Shown here: positions 21,278-31,269 of the stretch, one piece after another
Position numbering within the stretch: the first letter of the stretch is position 1
How the letters are laid out: each line of letters opens with the position of its first letter
Assembly: GCA_965218585.1 (NCBI GenBank)
Contig: CBDCLE010000004.1
Coordinates: 1-64,000, forward strand
Reading direction: 5' to 3'
Length of the DNA: 64,000 nucleotides
Source: Terriglobia bacterium
Lineage (GTDB): Bacteria; Acidobacteriota; Terriglobia; 20CM-2-55-15
Notes under the pieces: model-generated
Seen by the model: the letters and a program-made list of their open reading frames with translations, nothing else
Databases searched by the model: none
What the model was told of the DNA's origin: nothing
Program-made: the position numbers and the translations under genes

Positions 21278-22156
21278 ATGAACCCCACGAAAATAAGATC
21301 CTGCAAACTGGCTTTGAAAGCAACTCTCACTGTTGCCTTTCTGGCAACTGTCGTCATGATTGGCGCCACCGATGCATCAGCTCAGGTGTTCGATCTCGAC
21401 CGGATTCCGACGATCTCGGATGTACCTCATGCGTTCGTCGGCACCTGGGACTGGCGGACCGGGAGGCAGAGTTGCGGTTCCCGCACGGATTCCTATGGCA
21501 ACCCGCTCCTTTTTGGCCGCGGGCAAGGGGGGCTTCGGCCTATATGTCAGTGGCCGACCGACCAGCTGGAAGCGCTGCTGAACGGGCGAGGTAAAGCCTG
21601 GATGGAATTCTCGGATCGAGATGAGGCGATCTCACCAAAATGGACCTGCGCTGCGGCCAGCCTCGGCACTGTTCTGACCGAAGGCTACCTGAGAACCTTC
21701 TCCAAGAGGGCTGACGCGCTTGTCATGCACTACGAGCAGTCGAACTGGTGGCGCTGGGTCTGGATGGACGGCCGCAAACACCCGCCGGCCACCGAGTCCT
21801 ATTCTCACGGCCACGCCCTCGGTTGGATGGACGGGGACACATTCGTCGTCGAGACCACCAACTTCACCTGGGATCCCGACGGCTATGATGATCAGTCGCA
21901 CATCGCGCGATCTCACATGGCACGGTATACCGAACGCTACACGCTCACCGGCACCGACACGATGGAACTCGAAATCACCGTGGAGGATCCACTCTTCCTG
22001 AAGGCGCCGTTCGTGTTCACCGGGATGCTGGAACGGACCGACCAGGAACCCATTAACTCCTGGGACTGCGACCCCGAGTCCGCACTCAAGGAGTTGTATC
22101 AGACTTCGAACAACCCGTACCCGGACGATCCAACCCCCGCGCTGTACATCGACTGA
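21278..22156 (+). CDS. Secreted hypothetical protein, same family as 14878
   Basis: FVGTWDW, RWVWMDGR.H, GHALGWMDGDTFVVET, ERY, EDP, terminal WDC. Confidence 0.8.
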   Translation: MNPTKIRSCKLALKATLTVAFLATVVMIGATDASAQVFDLDRIPTISDVPHAFVGTWDWRTGRQSCGSRTDSYGNPLLFGRGQGGLRPICQWPTDQLEALLNGRGKAWMEFSDRDEAISPKWTCAAASLGTVLTEGYLRTFSKRADALVMHYEQSNWWRWVWMDGRKHPPATESYSHGHALGWMDGDTFVVETTNFTWDPDGYDDQSHIARSHMARYTERYTLTGTDTMELEITVEDPLFLKAPFVFTGMLERTDQEPINSWDCDPESALKELYQTSNNPYPDDPTPALYID

Positions 22157-22169
22157 TCCAGAACGCTTA

Positions 22170-22237
22170 GGGGACGGACACCTCGGAATTCAAACCCTTG
22201 TAAGATAAGGAATATCCATTCTGAAGTGTCCGTCCCC
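22170..22237. repeat. REPIN-like inverted pair GGGGACGGACAC...GTGTCCGTCCCC
   Basis: 12-bp perfect arms, intergenic; related copies at 33950, 41397 and 30033. Confidence 0.7.
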
Positions 22238-22251
22238 CTTCCCCTGAACAC

Positions 22252-23115
22252 ATGGAACCCTCCGACATAGACCACGCGCTCGAGGTGGCAAAAAAAGCGG
22301 CACGCAGCGGCGGCAAGATCGCACGAAATCGCATCTCTGATCCCGGCTATATCACCTGGAAGGATCGCCGCAACGTGACGACACAAGCATCTCTGGAGGT
22401 GCAGGAGGCCGTCGTTAGCGTTATTTCAGATGAATTCTCTGATGCCGGAATTCTCGCCAAGGAGGGCCCCGAAGATGCACCCATGCCTGTTGACGCTCCC
22501 GATCTCTGGATCGTAGATCCTGCGTCCGGCAATCTGAACTTCGCCCATGGAATTCCGCATTTCGCGATATCGCTTGCGCTGAGGTCGGCAGGCAACATCC
22601 AGATCGGTGTCGTCTACGATCCCTGTCGGGACGAGTTGTTTGAAGCCACTCCCAGCCAGCCAGCCCGTCTGAACGGTGAAATAATCGTCGTCGAACAGCT
22701 GCTGGAAGGTCAGGAAGCCTGGAACAGGGCAATCGTTGGGGCAGATTGGGCTGAGAGCGGAGAGCTTCGACAACAGACGAAAGTGATCCTGGGAATGATG
22801 GAAAACCAGGTCACCGAGTGCTTCATGATGGGATCGCCGGCGCTCGGAATCTGTTACCTGGCCGCCGGCCGGACTCACCTGTACTGGCATCTGGATCTGA
22901 CGATCTGGGACGTCGCGGCTCCGGCTCTGATCCTGGAGCAGGCCGGTGGTGTTCTTACCGACGGGGAAGGCAACTCGTGGCTGTACTCGGGCGGCGGATA
23001 CATCGCGAGCAACAATGTCATCCACGGCTGGGCGCTGAACTGTATCCAGTCGGTCACGAATCTTGACGCGCCGGACCCCAGGAGTCCGGTCCCGAAACCA
23101 AAACGCCCGGGTTAA
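22252..23115 (+). CDS. Inositol monophosphatase family protein with degenerate active site
   Basis: WIVDPASGNLNFAHGIPHF, GVVYDP, A.LNG, WDVAA, EQAGG. Confidence 0.85.
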   Translation: MEPSDIDHALEVAKKAARSGGKIARNRISDPGYITWKDRRNVTTQASLEVQEAVVSVISDEFSDAGILAKEGPEDAPMPVDAPDLWIVDPASGNLNFAHGIPHFAISLALRSAGNIQIGVVYDPCRDELFEATPSQPARLNGEIIVVEQLLEGQEAWNRAIVGADWAESGELRQQTKVILGMMENQVTECFMMGSPALGICYLAAGRTHLYWHLDLTIWDVAAPALILEQAGGVLTDGEGNSWLYSGGGYIASNNVIHGWALNCIQSVTNLDAPDPRSPVPKPKRPG

Positions 23116-23142
23116 CACCCGGGCGTCTATAACTCCAAACTA

Positions 23143-23956
23143 GAGTGTGTTAACACTAACGTAGTGCCTCGACGATGAGTGCGAAGTGAAGGAAGGCGAG
23201 GAACATGACGTCGAGTTTATCGAAACGGGAGAAGATACGCCGAAAACCCTTGAGTCGGCGGAAGAGCCTCTCGACTTCGTTCCTGCGGCGGTAGAGCACG
23301 CGGTCGTATTCCCACGGCTCCAGGCGGTTGCGCTTGGGCGGCACGACGGGAATCCACCCAAAATCCAGAGCCAATTGGCGGGTCTGGTCGTCCTGGTAGG
23401 CACGGTCCATCAGCAGCGGCAGCGGCGCGGGCAACGGCCCCAGGCCGGCGAGCAGATCGCGGCCCTGCGGGGCGTCGTGCGCTTGGCCGGGCGAGAGCGC
23501 AAACGTTATCGCCGTTCGAGCATTCGCGGCAACCAGATGAATCTTGGTGGTCCATCCACCGCGGGATTTGCCGATCGCTTGCGGACCGTTTTTTTTAACG
23601 CTCCCGTGCCGTCGGGATGCACCTTCACAATGGTCGAGTCCATCGAAACGGCTTCCACCCGGATGCGCACCAGTTGCTCGCGCTGGAGTTTTTCGAAGAC
23701 GGCGTCGAGCACCCCGTTCTTGGACCAGCGGTTCATCCGGGTGTAGATGGTGTGCCAGTTGCCAAAGCGCTTGGGCAGACCGCGCCACTTGCAGCCCTGC
23801 TCAGCCACATACAAAATGGCGTTCAAGACCGTCAGGTTCGAAAGACTGACGTTGCCCCGCTGACGCGGCAGTTCCGGCTCGATGCGACAATACTGCTCCT
23901 GTGTGATCTCCATGCCTGATTATAAAACATTCATGCTCATTAGTGTTAACACGCCC
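23143..23956 (-). mobile_element. IS5-family element, copy 2
   Basis: 814 bp; TIRs; TA duplication in AAACTAGTTT. Confidence 0.95.
23156..23913 (-). CDS. IS5-family transposase (frameshifted OrfAB)
   Basis: Matches copy 1 except for the last residue. Confidence 0.92.
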
Positions 23957-24065
23957 TAGTTTCGGTTCATTGCGGGCTGTTCGGGCTACGGCCCTGTTTT
24001 CCAGGAAGCTCTTGTCGGAGTACGTTCTGGGGGACAGGGCTGCACACCGGTAGTGCGCGCTAAGT

Positions 24066-24914
24066 TCATTCCCGCCCCATAGACGCTTCTAACAATTCCG
24101 CGACTTCTCGATATCCCGCAGCGGTGGCCATCATCAATGCCGTAACTCCATTGCGGCTCTGGGCTCGGAGGTTTGCGCCCGCGGCTATCAGCATCCGAAC
24201 CGCATCCACGTGTCCTCCACCTGCAGCCGCCATCAAGGCCGTCACTCCCCGGTTGCTGGTCGACTCCAGATCCGCGTTTGCGGCGAGCAGGGTCCCGATT
24301 GTAGAGGAGTGGCCTTCCAGGGCAGCCATGATCAGAGCTGTGGCCCCGTTGTTTCTCTTGGCATCGACATTGGCCCCGGCTTCCAGAAGAATTTCGACCG
24401 TCTCGGCGTGTCCGCCAAGCGCCGCAACCATCAGCACGGTTTCTCCAATGTTGATTGCGGAGTTGGGATCGGCGCCGGCCGCGAGCAGGAGTTCTGCGGC
24501 TTCCCGGTGGCCTCCGAGGGCGGCGACTCTCAGGGCCGTCTCACCGATGATGTTGGTCCGGTTCGGGTCTGCCCCGAAGTCCAGCAGTAGTTCGAGGACC
24601 GAGGTGTGGCCTTCAAAAGCGGCCCTCATCAACGCTGTCACGCCGACTTCGTCCGTCGTATCGACACGGGTTTCGGCATTGAGAAGCCGGCGAACCGTTT
24701 CAGAATATCCGCCAACCGCCGCTACCATCAACGGGGTCTGGCCGTCGTTGTCGACTGCGTTCGGGTCTGCACCCGCATCGATCAGGGACTGAACCGCGTC
24801 GGCGTTGCCCTCTCGGGCTGCAGCCATCAGCGCAGTCTGGCCGGTGCCGGTTTCTTGGGCCCAGAGAACCGGTAGCGCGACGAGACATGTCAGTAGAATC
24901 AGTGCGGTCTTCAT
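24066..24914 (-). CDS. Secreted ankyrin-repeat protein
   Basis: Signal peptide plus about eight 33-aa G.TALM.AA..GH...V..LL..GAD.N repeats. Confidence 0.93.
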   Translation of the reverse strand: MKTALILLTCLVALPVLWAQETGTGQTALMAAAREGNADAVQSLIDAGADPNAVDNDGQTPLMVAAVGGYSETVRRLLNAETRVDTTDEVGVTALMRAAFEGHTSVLELLLDFGADPNRTNIIGETALRVAALGGHREAAELLLAAGADPNSAINIGETVLMVAALGGHAETVEILLEAGANVDAKRNNGATALIMAALEGHSSTIGTLLAANADLESTSNRGVTALMAAAGGGHVDAVRMLIAAGANLRAQSRNGVTALMMATAAGYREVAELLEASMGRE

Positions 24915-25009
24915 TCGTTCTCACGTTGTAGAGATTGGGAAATGGTATGAAAGGCTTGATAGGGGGTCAACGAAAGTTTCGGACGAAGAGAGGGAGGATG
25001 TGGACGGAG

Positions 25010-25258
25010 CTAGTCTTCAGATCGTGATTCGGCGGACGTTCCGTTCGTTTCAGAGTCCGGGGTTTCGTCCCTGGGCCAGAGGTCTCGAGACTGCAGGACG
25101 CGGAGTCCGCCGCCCTCGATCTTGACCAGAAACCGGTCTAAATCTGGATAACCGCTTGGATCCTTGTGAACGCCGAGCACACGCCCCTTCACGTCGTACG
25201 AAGTTCCTGCGCTCGATGCCCGGACTATTACGTCATCGCCTTCGGTCAGGTCTGTCAT
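25010..25258 (-). CDS. Small hypothetical protein (KOW/SH3-like)
   Basis: GAGGAG RBS; GDDVIV..KGRVLGV..FLVKIEGG pattern. Confidence 0.6.
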   Translation of the reverse strand: MTDLTEGDDVIVRASSAGTSYDVKGRVLGVHKDPSGYPDLDRFLVKIEGGGLRVLQSRDLWPRDETPDSETNGTSAESRSED

Positions 25259-25470
25259 GGTCTCCTCGGGCGAATCCTCCAGCAGGCACGATTCACCGCT
25301 TCGGATGTCTTATCGGCAAGGAGCACACAGAACTTTAGGATTTAGTGGTATTGCAGGTGCTACAGGGAGGTTTTCCAGTTTCAATGCAGGAAAAACAGCA
25401 AGCCTCCCCAAGCGTCTAATCAAGATCGGCTGGGGGAGGCCTCCCTGCTACTGGATTCTTACAGTCTTCT

Positions 25471-26133
25471 TTAGTCAGTCGCGAAGCAGTAGAACAGTCC
25501 GGCGCCACCGGTCGACACCAGGCCTTCCTGGTTGCAGCCGACTGTAGGATGCGCAGCGTTCCACGGGGAGTAACCGACGTTGCCGCCCCGATCCAGATGC
25601 CCGATCATCGCGCTGTGACCCGGATCGTTGCTCGTCCAGTTGTTGCACGTCATCGCGTGCGCGTCGAAATTGAACAGGTCCATCATCGCGTACGGGAAGG
25701 CGTTACCGTCCGGTGTAGAGCCGGTCAGCGCATCGTGCCGGTTTCGCTGGCCTTCGCGGTTGATTTCCTCGCCCTCTTCTGTCACCGCCGTCTGGGCCGT
25801 GATGTTGGCGTTGTCGGAGTGCAGATCGTCAACGTCGCGGGCGATCATCGCGCCGTTGGCGTTGTACCAGGGGCCCGAACCGATCCTGTCCCTGGCGTTG
25901 ATTGTCAACGCGGGGTGACTCAGGCTCAGATAGGCGCGCCAGGTCTTGTCTCCGGCGCCGGCACTGGCGGCGAGGTCCTGGCAATGCGCGTCAGCGCCAC
26001 GCATTCCCCCCAGGTTGCCTCCATCGCCTGAGCCGACGCTCGTGACGAAGAAACTCATGTCTTGAGCCTGGGCAGGCGAGGCAGCCAGCAGGGCGACTAC
26101 CGTTACGGCAAATACAAAGTACATCTTGTTCAT
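25471..26133 (-). CDS. Secreted lectin/endostatin-like (DUF1554/NC10-type) protein
   Basis: FFVTS.G, GGNLGG..GADAHCQ.LA, WRAYLS, ARDRIG.GPW, GLFYCFA. Confidence 0.85.
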   Translation of the reverse strand: MNKMYFVFAVTVVALLAASPAQAQDMSFFVTSVGSGDGGNLGGMRGADAHCQDLAASAGAGDKTWRAYLSLSHPALTINARDRIGSGPWYNANGAMIARDVDDLHSDNANITAQTAVTEEGEEINREGQRNRHDALTGSTPDGNAFPYAMMDLFNFDAHAMTCNNWTSNDPGHSAMIGHLDRGGNVGYSPWNAAHPTVGCNQEGLVSTGGAGLFYCFATD

Positions 26134-26457
26134 TCTCAGTCTCCTTCTCCTTACATTTCCGGGCCGGAGGGCCACACCGCCGGTGACGCTCCACACGTTT
26201 ACAAACGATAAATGAGCAGGTCGGAATCTTATAGAATGCGGATGCTCATCGTCAATTAAAGTCCGGTAGTCATATCCCCGCTGTTTTCATTGGGCCGGGG
26301 AAGGATTACTTCCTTGAAAACCTCGATTGACTGTCCGGGGGTTTTTGGCAGGTTTCCCGCCCGTTCCCCCCACGAACATACGATAGCTGGGGTGGGGGAG
26401 TGACATGCAATAAGCGTGTTCCAAGCCCTTGAACCCAAAAGGGCAATTTCGGTAACA

Positions 26458-26484
26458 TTAGCACTCGTCATATAGGAGTGCTAA
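26458..26484 (+). promoter_or_regulatory. CIRCE element (HrcA operator)
   Basis: Perfect TTAGCACTC-N9-GAGTGCTAA upstream of groEL, just after TTGAAC-N18-TAACAT. Confidence 0.95.
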
Positions 26485-26536
26485 TCAGGCAACCTGTAAG
26501 GAATAATTCAATCGTTGAGGTGATAGAGGAGTATCC

Positions 26537-28174
26537 ATGGCTGGAAAAGAAATACTGCTTCGTGACGAAGCTCGGAAGAAGATTCTGGATGGGGTTCGTG
26601 AACTCACAAGTGCCGTCAAGGTGACGCTCGGCCCGCGCGGCCGAAACGTTGTTCTACAAAGAAGTTTCGGACCACCTACGATTACGAAGGATGGCGTTTC
26701 AGTAGCGAAGGAAATTGATCTTGAAGACCGCTACGCGAACATGGGAGCCCAGATGTTGAAAGAAGTTGCTTCCAGGACCAACGATGTAGTCGGCGACGGG
26801 ACGACGACGGCCGCTATCCTTGCTGAGGCTATTTACAAGGCGGGACTGAAGAATGTCGCGGCTGGCGCGAATCCGATGGAACTCAAGAGCGGTATCGATA
26901 TGGCTGTGGAGGCGGTTGTTGATGCAGTTCGGGAAGCTTCGAAGCCGGTGAAGATTCACAAGGAACAAGAACAGATCGCCACGATCTCGGCCAATGGCGA
27001 CGCCCGCATTGGTGAGTTGATAGCGGAGGCGATGGAGCAGGTCGGTGTCGACGGCGTGATTACCGTCGAAGAGGCGAAATCGACCGAGACCGAGTTGGAA
27101 GTCGTCGAAGGCATGCAGTGGGACCGCGGCTATCTTTCAGCCTACTTCGTGACCAACGAAGACCGGCTGGAGGTTGTCATGGACAACCCCCTCATCCTGG
27201 TTCGGGAAAAAAAGTTGTCTTCTATGAGCGATATCGTTCCGATTCTGGAGTTGGCTTCGGGCGAAGGACGGCCCCTGTTGGTGGTTGCCGAAGACATCGA
27301 TGGTGAGGCGCTGGCGACGATGGTCGTCAACAAGCTTCGGGGAACCCTACAATGTGCTGCTGTGAAGGCACCGGCTTTCGGTGACCGGCGAAAGGCGATC
27401 ATGGGAGACGTTGCCACGCTGACGGGCGGCCGTTTCATGACCGAAGACCTCGGCATTTCGATAGAAAACATCGGTATAGCCGACTTTGGCGAGGCCAAGA
27501 GGGTTGTCGTGACCAAGGACAACACGACGATCATAGAGGGTAAAGGTGCGCGAGGCGCTATCGAAGGCCGGCTTCGTGAAATCCGTGCCCAGGTCGAAGA
27601 AACCGATTCCGACTACGACAGGGACAAATTACACGAACGATTGGCACGTCTGACGGACGGTGTCGCCGTGATCCGCGTGGGTGCTCACACGGAAACCGAG
27701 ATGAAAGAGCTCAAGGCCCGCGTTGAAGACGCCCTGAATGCGACACGCGCTGCTGCCGAAGAGGGCATCGTTCCCGGAGGCGGGACCGCTCTGTTGCGCG
27801 CCCAACCGGCAGTTGCCAAGCTGGCTGAAACGCTGACAGAGGATGTCCAGACCGGAGCACTGATCGTCGAGCAGGCTCTTGAAGCGCCGTTACGCAGGAT
27901 TGCCGACAATGCCGGACTCGATGGTGCCATCGTCCTGGGTCGAGTTCGCGGGGAGAAGGCACCTCAGGTTGGGTTCAATGCGGAAACAGAAAACTACGAA
28001 GATCTGGTTTCTTCCGGCGTCATCGACCCGACCAAGGTTGTACGCGTCGCCCTTCAGAACGCCGCGTCCGTCGCCGGCCTGCTGATCACGACCGAAGCGG
28101 CCATCGTCGAACTCCCTGAGGCGTTGCCACCCATGCCGGATGCGCATGATCATCACGGTATGCCTGAATTCTAA
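26537..28174 (+). CDS. groEL: Chaperonin GroEL
   Basis: [43 protein letters not shown]. Confidence 0.98.
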   Translation: MAGKEILLRDEARKKILDGVRELTSAVKVTLGPRGRNVVLQRSFGPPTITKDGVSVAKEIDLEDRYANMGAQMLKEVASRTNDVVGDGTTTAAILAEAIYKAGLKNVAAGANPMELKSGIDMAVEAVVDAVREASKPVKIHKEQEQIATISANGDARIGELIAEAMEQVGVDGVITVEEAKSTETELEVVEGMQWDRGYLSAYFVTNEDRLEVVMDNPLILVREKKLSSMSDIVPILELASGEGRPLLVVAEDIDGEALATMVVNKLRGTLQCAAVKAPAFGDRRKAIMGDVATLTGGRFMTEDLGISIENIGIADFGEAKRVVVTKDNTTIIEGKGARGAIEGRLREIRAQVEETDSDYDRDKLHERLARLTDGVAVIRVGAHTETEMKELKARVEDALNATRAAAEEGIVPGGGTALLRAQPAVAKLAETLTEDVQTGALIVEQALEAPLRRIADNAGLDGAIVLGRVRGEKAPQVGFNAETENYEDLVSSGVIDPTKVVRVALQNAASVAGLLITTEAAIVELPEALPPMPDAHDHHGMPEF

Positions 28175-28197
28175 TCGGTCTCGCGAGTGGACACGAG

Positions 28198-28224
28198 AGC
28201 GGCGGCCTTCGGGCCGCCGTTTTT
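28198..28224 (+). terminator. Rho-independent terminator after groEL
   Basis: GCGGCGGCC-TTCG-GGCCGCCGT followed by TTTT. Confidence 0.85.
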
Positions 28225-28305
28225 GATTGTGGGGACGCCTTCATGATGAGCCATACTGTTGGCGCCCAGGTGATGAGTTTCACCATCGTGGAGAAATAAA
28301 TAGGG

Positions 28306-28983
28306 ATGAAACCTAGAGTTATTCGCAGGATCGAAAGAGCGGACAGCGACGTTGTGCGAAAACTCGGTGAGTATGGTGTTGCGACGGTCCATGAAGCTCA
28401 GGGTCGACGGGGCCTCATGAAACCTTATATGCGGCCGATCTACCCGACGGCCAAAGTGGGAGGGACGGCCGTAACAGTGTTGTCCCATCCCGGAGACAAC
28501 ATCATGGTCCATGCCGCCCTCGACGTGGTCCAACCCGGTGACGTCCTTGTGGTCGCTCTTGCGGTTGATTCCACCGACGGGATGTTCGGGGACCTGCTGG
28601 GTGTTTCATGTCAGGCAAGAGGAGTACTGGGCCTGGTCATCGACGCAGGTGTCCGGGACACGGCGGACCTGACTGAGATGAATTTTCCCGTGTGGTCGAG
28701 GGCGATCCATTCTCAGGGAACTGTGAAAGCCACTCCCGGCTCGGTGAACGTCGATGTGGTGTGTGCGGGTGCGGTCGTAAGGCCCGGGGACGTGGTCGTC
28801 GCCGATAACGATGGCGTTGTCATCGTTCCCCGCGAAACCGCTGAAGAAACCCGCCGGAAATCGGAAGAACGTCTCGCCAAAGAGAAGATTAGCCGAGATC
28901 GGTTGAGAAACGGCGAACTGGGTCTGGATTTCTACGGCCTTCGTGAAAAGTTGCACCGGATGGGTGTCGAATTCGAGGAATGA
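28306..28983 (+). CDS. ligK: 4-carboxy-4-hydroxy-2-oxoadipate aldolase
   Basis: GVATVHEAQGR.GL.KPYMRPIY, GDN.M.H, DGMFGDLL, GELGLD.Y.LR. Confidence 0.93.
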   Translation: MKPRVIRRIERADSDVVRKLGEYGVATVHEAQGRRGLMKPYMRPIYPTAKVGGTAVTVLSHPGDNIMVHAALDVVQPGDVLVVALAVDSTDGMFGDLLGVSCQARGVLGLVIDAGVRDTADLTEMNFPVWSRAIHSQGTVKATPGSVNVDVVCAGAVVRPGDVVVADNDGVVIVPRETAEETRRKSEERLAKEKISRDRLRNGELGLDFYGLREKLHRMGVEFEE

Positions 28984-29174
28984 GACATGGGTGAAACAGT
29001 TGCTGCAACCGGTCACGCACCGTATCTCGATTCTCAACTTCCGAAGAAGACTTCGGCTGAAACGGGACAGTGCGGGGTTTGTTCATAGGCTCTGCCGGAT
29101 GTGTGGCGAGCAGTGGGCGGGTCACTCCCCAGAAGCCGCCGTGGGAAACATCACGTTATCCGCACAAGTAACTA

Positions 29175-29988
29175 GGGCGTGTTAACACTAACGTAGTGCC
29201 TCGACGATGAGTGCGAAGTGAAGGAAGGCGAGGAACATGACGTCGAGTTTATCGAAACGGGAGAAGATACGCCGAAAACCCTTGAGTCGGCGGAAGAGCC
29301 TCTCGACTTCGTTCCTGCGGCGGTAGAGCACGCGGTCGTATTCCCACGGCTCCAGGCGGTTGCGCTTGGGCGGCACGACGGGAATCCACCCAAAATCCAG
29401 AGCCAATTGGCGGGTCTGGTCGTCCTGGTAGGCACGGTCCATCAGCAGCGGCAGCGGCGCGGGCAACGGCCCCAGGCCGGCGAGCAGATCGCGGCCCTGC
29501 GGGGCGTCGTGCGCTTGGCCGGGCGAGAGCGCAAACGTTATCGCCGTTCGAGCATTCGCGGCAACCAGATGAATCTTGGTGGTCCATCCACCGCGGGATT
29601 TGCCGATCGCTTGCGGACCGTTTTTTTTAACGCTCCCGTGCCGTCGGGATGCACCTTCACAATGGTCGAGTCCATCGAAACGGCTTCCACCCGGATGCGC
29701 ACCAGTTGCTCGCGCTGGAGTTTTTCGAAGACGGCGTCGAGCACCCCGTTCTTGGACCAGCGGTTCATCCGGGTGTAGATGGTGTGCCAGTTGCCAAAGC
29801 GCTTGGGCAGACCGCGCCACTTGCAGCCCTGCTCAGCCACATACAAAATGGCGTTCAAGACCGTCAGGTTCGAAAGACTGACGTTGCCCCGCTGACGCGG
29901 CAGTTCCGGCTCGATGCGACAATACTGCTCCTGTGTGATCTCCATGCCTGATTATAAAACATTCATGCTCATTAGTGTTAACACGCTC
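29175..29988 (-). mobile_element. IS5-family element, copy 3
   Basis: 814 bp; TIRs; TA duplication in CTAG. Confidence 0.95.
29188..29945 (-). CDS. IS5-family transposase (frameshifted OrfAB)
   Basis: Same translation as copy 2. Confidence 0.92.
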
Positions 29989-30000
29989 TAGCTTCTTCTT

Positions 30001-30137
30001 CTGTAGGTGGGGTCTATGAGCGCACAAATTCAGGGACAGTGAGCAATTTTTGGAAACTGCCAGCTCATGTACATCCAGACAGCTTGAATTTGCTCACTGT
30101 CCACGAATTAATGTGCGGTCATAGACCCCACCTACAG
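30001..30137. repeat. GTAG-family REP doublet (REPIN) enclosing a second inverted pair
   Basis: CTGTAGGTGGGGTCTATGAGCGCAC...GTGCGGTCATAGACCCCACCTACAG; single related REP at 47171. Confidence 0.8.
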
Positions 30138-30250
30138 TTGAAAGCCGAAATCCCATCACAGCTATCTTTCTCTATTAATTAAGTTTACCTGCAACTATTT
30201 GAACTCCCTTGCCCGGAAATCATGTTTTTGACGATTTTGCAGTTTTCCTC

Positions 30251-30370
30251 TAAACGTTCCCACTCCACTGACCGATACAGACATCACAACAATAAAAACA
30301 AGGATGTTTGGACGGGGCTACAGAACCCAGTCGGGATCAAGGAAGATCAACCTTTAAACGTTCAAGGAGG
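30251..30370 (+). promoter_or_regulatory. Sigma28-like promoter and CsrA-type GGA sites in the flagellin leader
   Basis: TAAA-N16-ACCGATAC; hairpin AAACA-AGGA-TGTTT (30296-30309); further CAAGGA motifs, one overlapping the SD. Confidence 0.65.
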
Positions 30371-30375
30371 ATCCC

Positions 30376-31203
30376 ATGAGTTTTTCAGTAGTTACGAATC
30401 TTTCGTCGATTAATGCCCAGTCCACATTGGACGGGACACAAGCAGGATTACAGCGGACCCTGGCGCGATTGACGTCCGGGCTGCGTATCAACAGCGCGAT
30501 GGACGCCGCCGCCGGACTGGCCGTTGCCAACCGTCATAAGTTGGACAACACCGGCCTGTCGATCGGTATCCGGAGCGCGAACGACGCCATCAGCAAGCTT
30601 CAGATTGAAGATGGCGCGGTGAACAATATTTCTTCGTTGCTTGATCGTGCTCTGACGCTGGCCAGCCAGGCTGCTTCGGACACTTTCACGGGTTCCCGGA
30701 CTACGCTGGATTCCGAGTTCCAATCGGTTCTTTCGGAAATCACCAGAAACGCGACTGCTGCGGGTATTGAAACAGGCAACACGAACCTGAACGCCCGGTC
30801 GGTTTTTGTCGGTAACACGCAAACGAGTACTTCGGCGTCGGTTACATATGTGTCTTTCGCTCTGACCACAGCCGTTGACGCACAGGGTCTGGGAGTCAGC
30901 ACGCAGAACATCACCAGCCAGGCCAACGCAGCCACCGCAATCTCGAGCATCCAGACCGCGATCGGTACTCTCGGTACGGTCCAGGGTCGAGTGGGTGCGG
31001 CAATGAACCGGCTGAGTTTCGCCATCTCTCAGGCGCAGACGATGTCAGTCAGTGTGCGGGCATCCGAATCTCGAATCCGTGATGCCAACATCGCGGAAGA
31101 AGCTGCGTCTCTGACGAAGTTCAACATCCTGACCCAGAGTGGCTTGGCCGCCCTGTCTCAGGCGAACGCTTCGTCTCAGTCCGTCCTGCAGCTGCTCCGT
31201 TAA
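30376..31203 (+). CDS. fliC: Flagellin (275 aa, minimal D0/D1 type)
   Basis: [38 protein letters not shown]. Confidence 0.95.
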   Translation: MSFSVVTNLSSINAQSTLDGTQAGLQRTLARLTSGLRINSAMDAAAGLAVANRHKLDNTGLSIGIRSANDAISKLQIEDGAVNNISSLLDRALTLASQAASDTFTGSRTTLDSEFQSVLSEITRNATAAGIETGNTNLNARSVFVGNTQTSTSASVTYVSFALTTAVDAQGLGVSTQNITSQANAATAISSIQTAIGTLGTVQGRVGAAMNRLSFAISQAQTMSVSVRASESRIRDANIAEEAASLTKFNILTQSGLAALSQANASSQSVLQLLR

Positions 31204-31235
31204 TCCGGATCAGACTTCAGACGGTAGTTCATACT

Positions 31236-31269
31236 AAAGCGGCGGGGCCTAGCCCCGCCGCTTTTCTTT
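31236..31269 (+). terminator. Rho-independent terminator after fliC
   Basis: AAAGCGGCGGGGC-CTA-GCCCCGCCGCTTT followed by a T-tract. Confidence 0.88.

Noticed and set aside
24066-24914. 99-bp periodicity as a CRISPR-like array
   Set aside because: It is the coding periodicity of ankyrin repeats; no cas genes or spacers are present.
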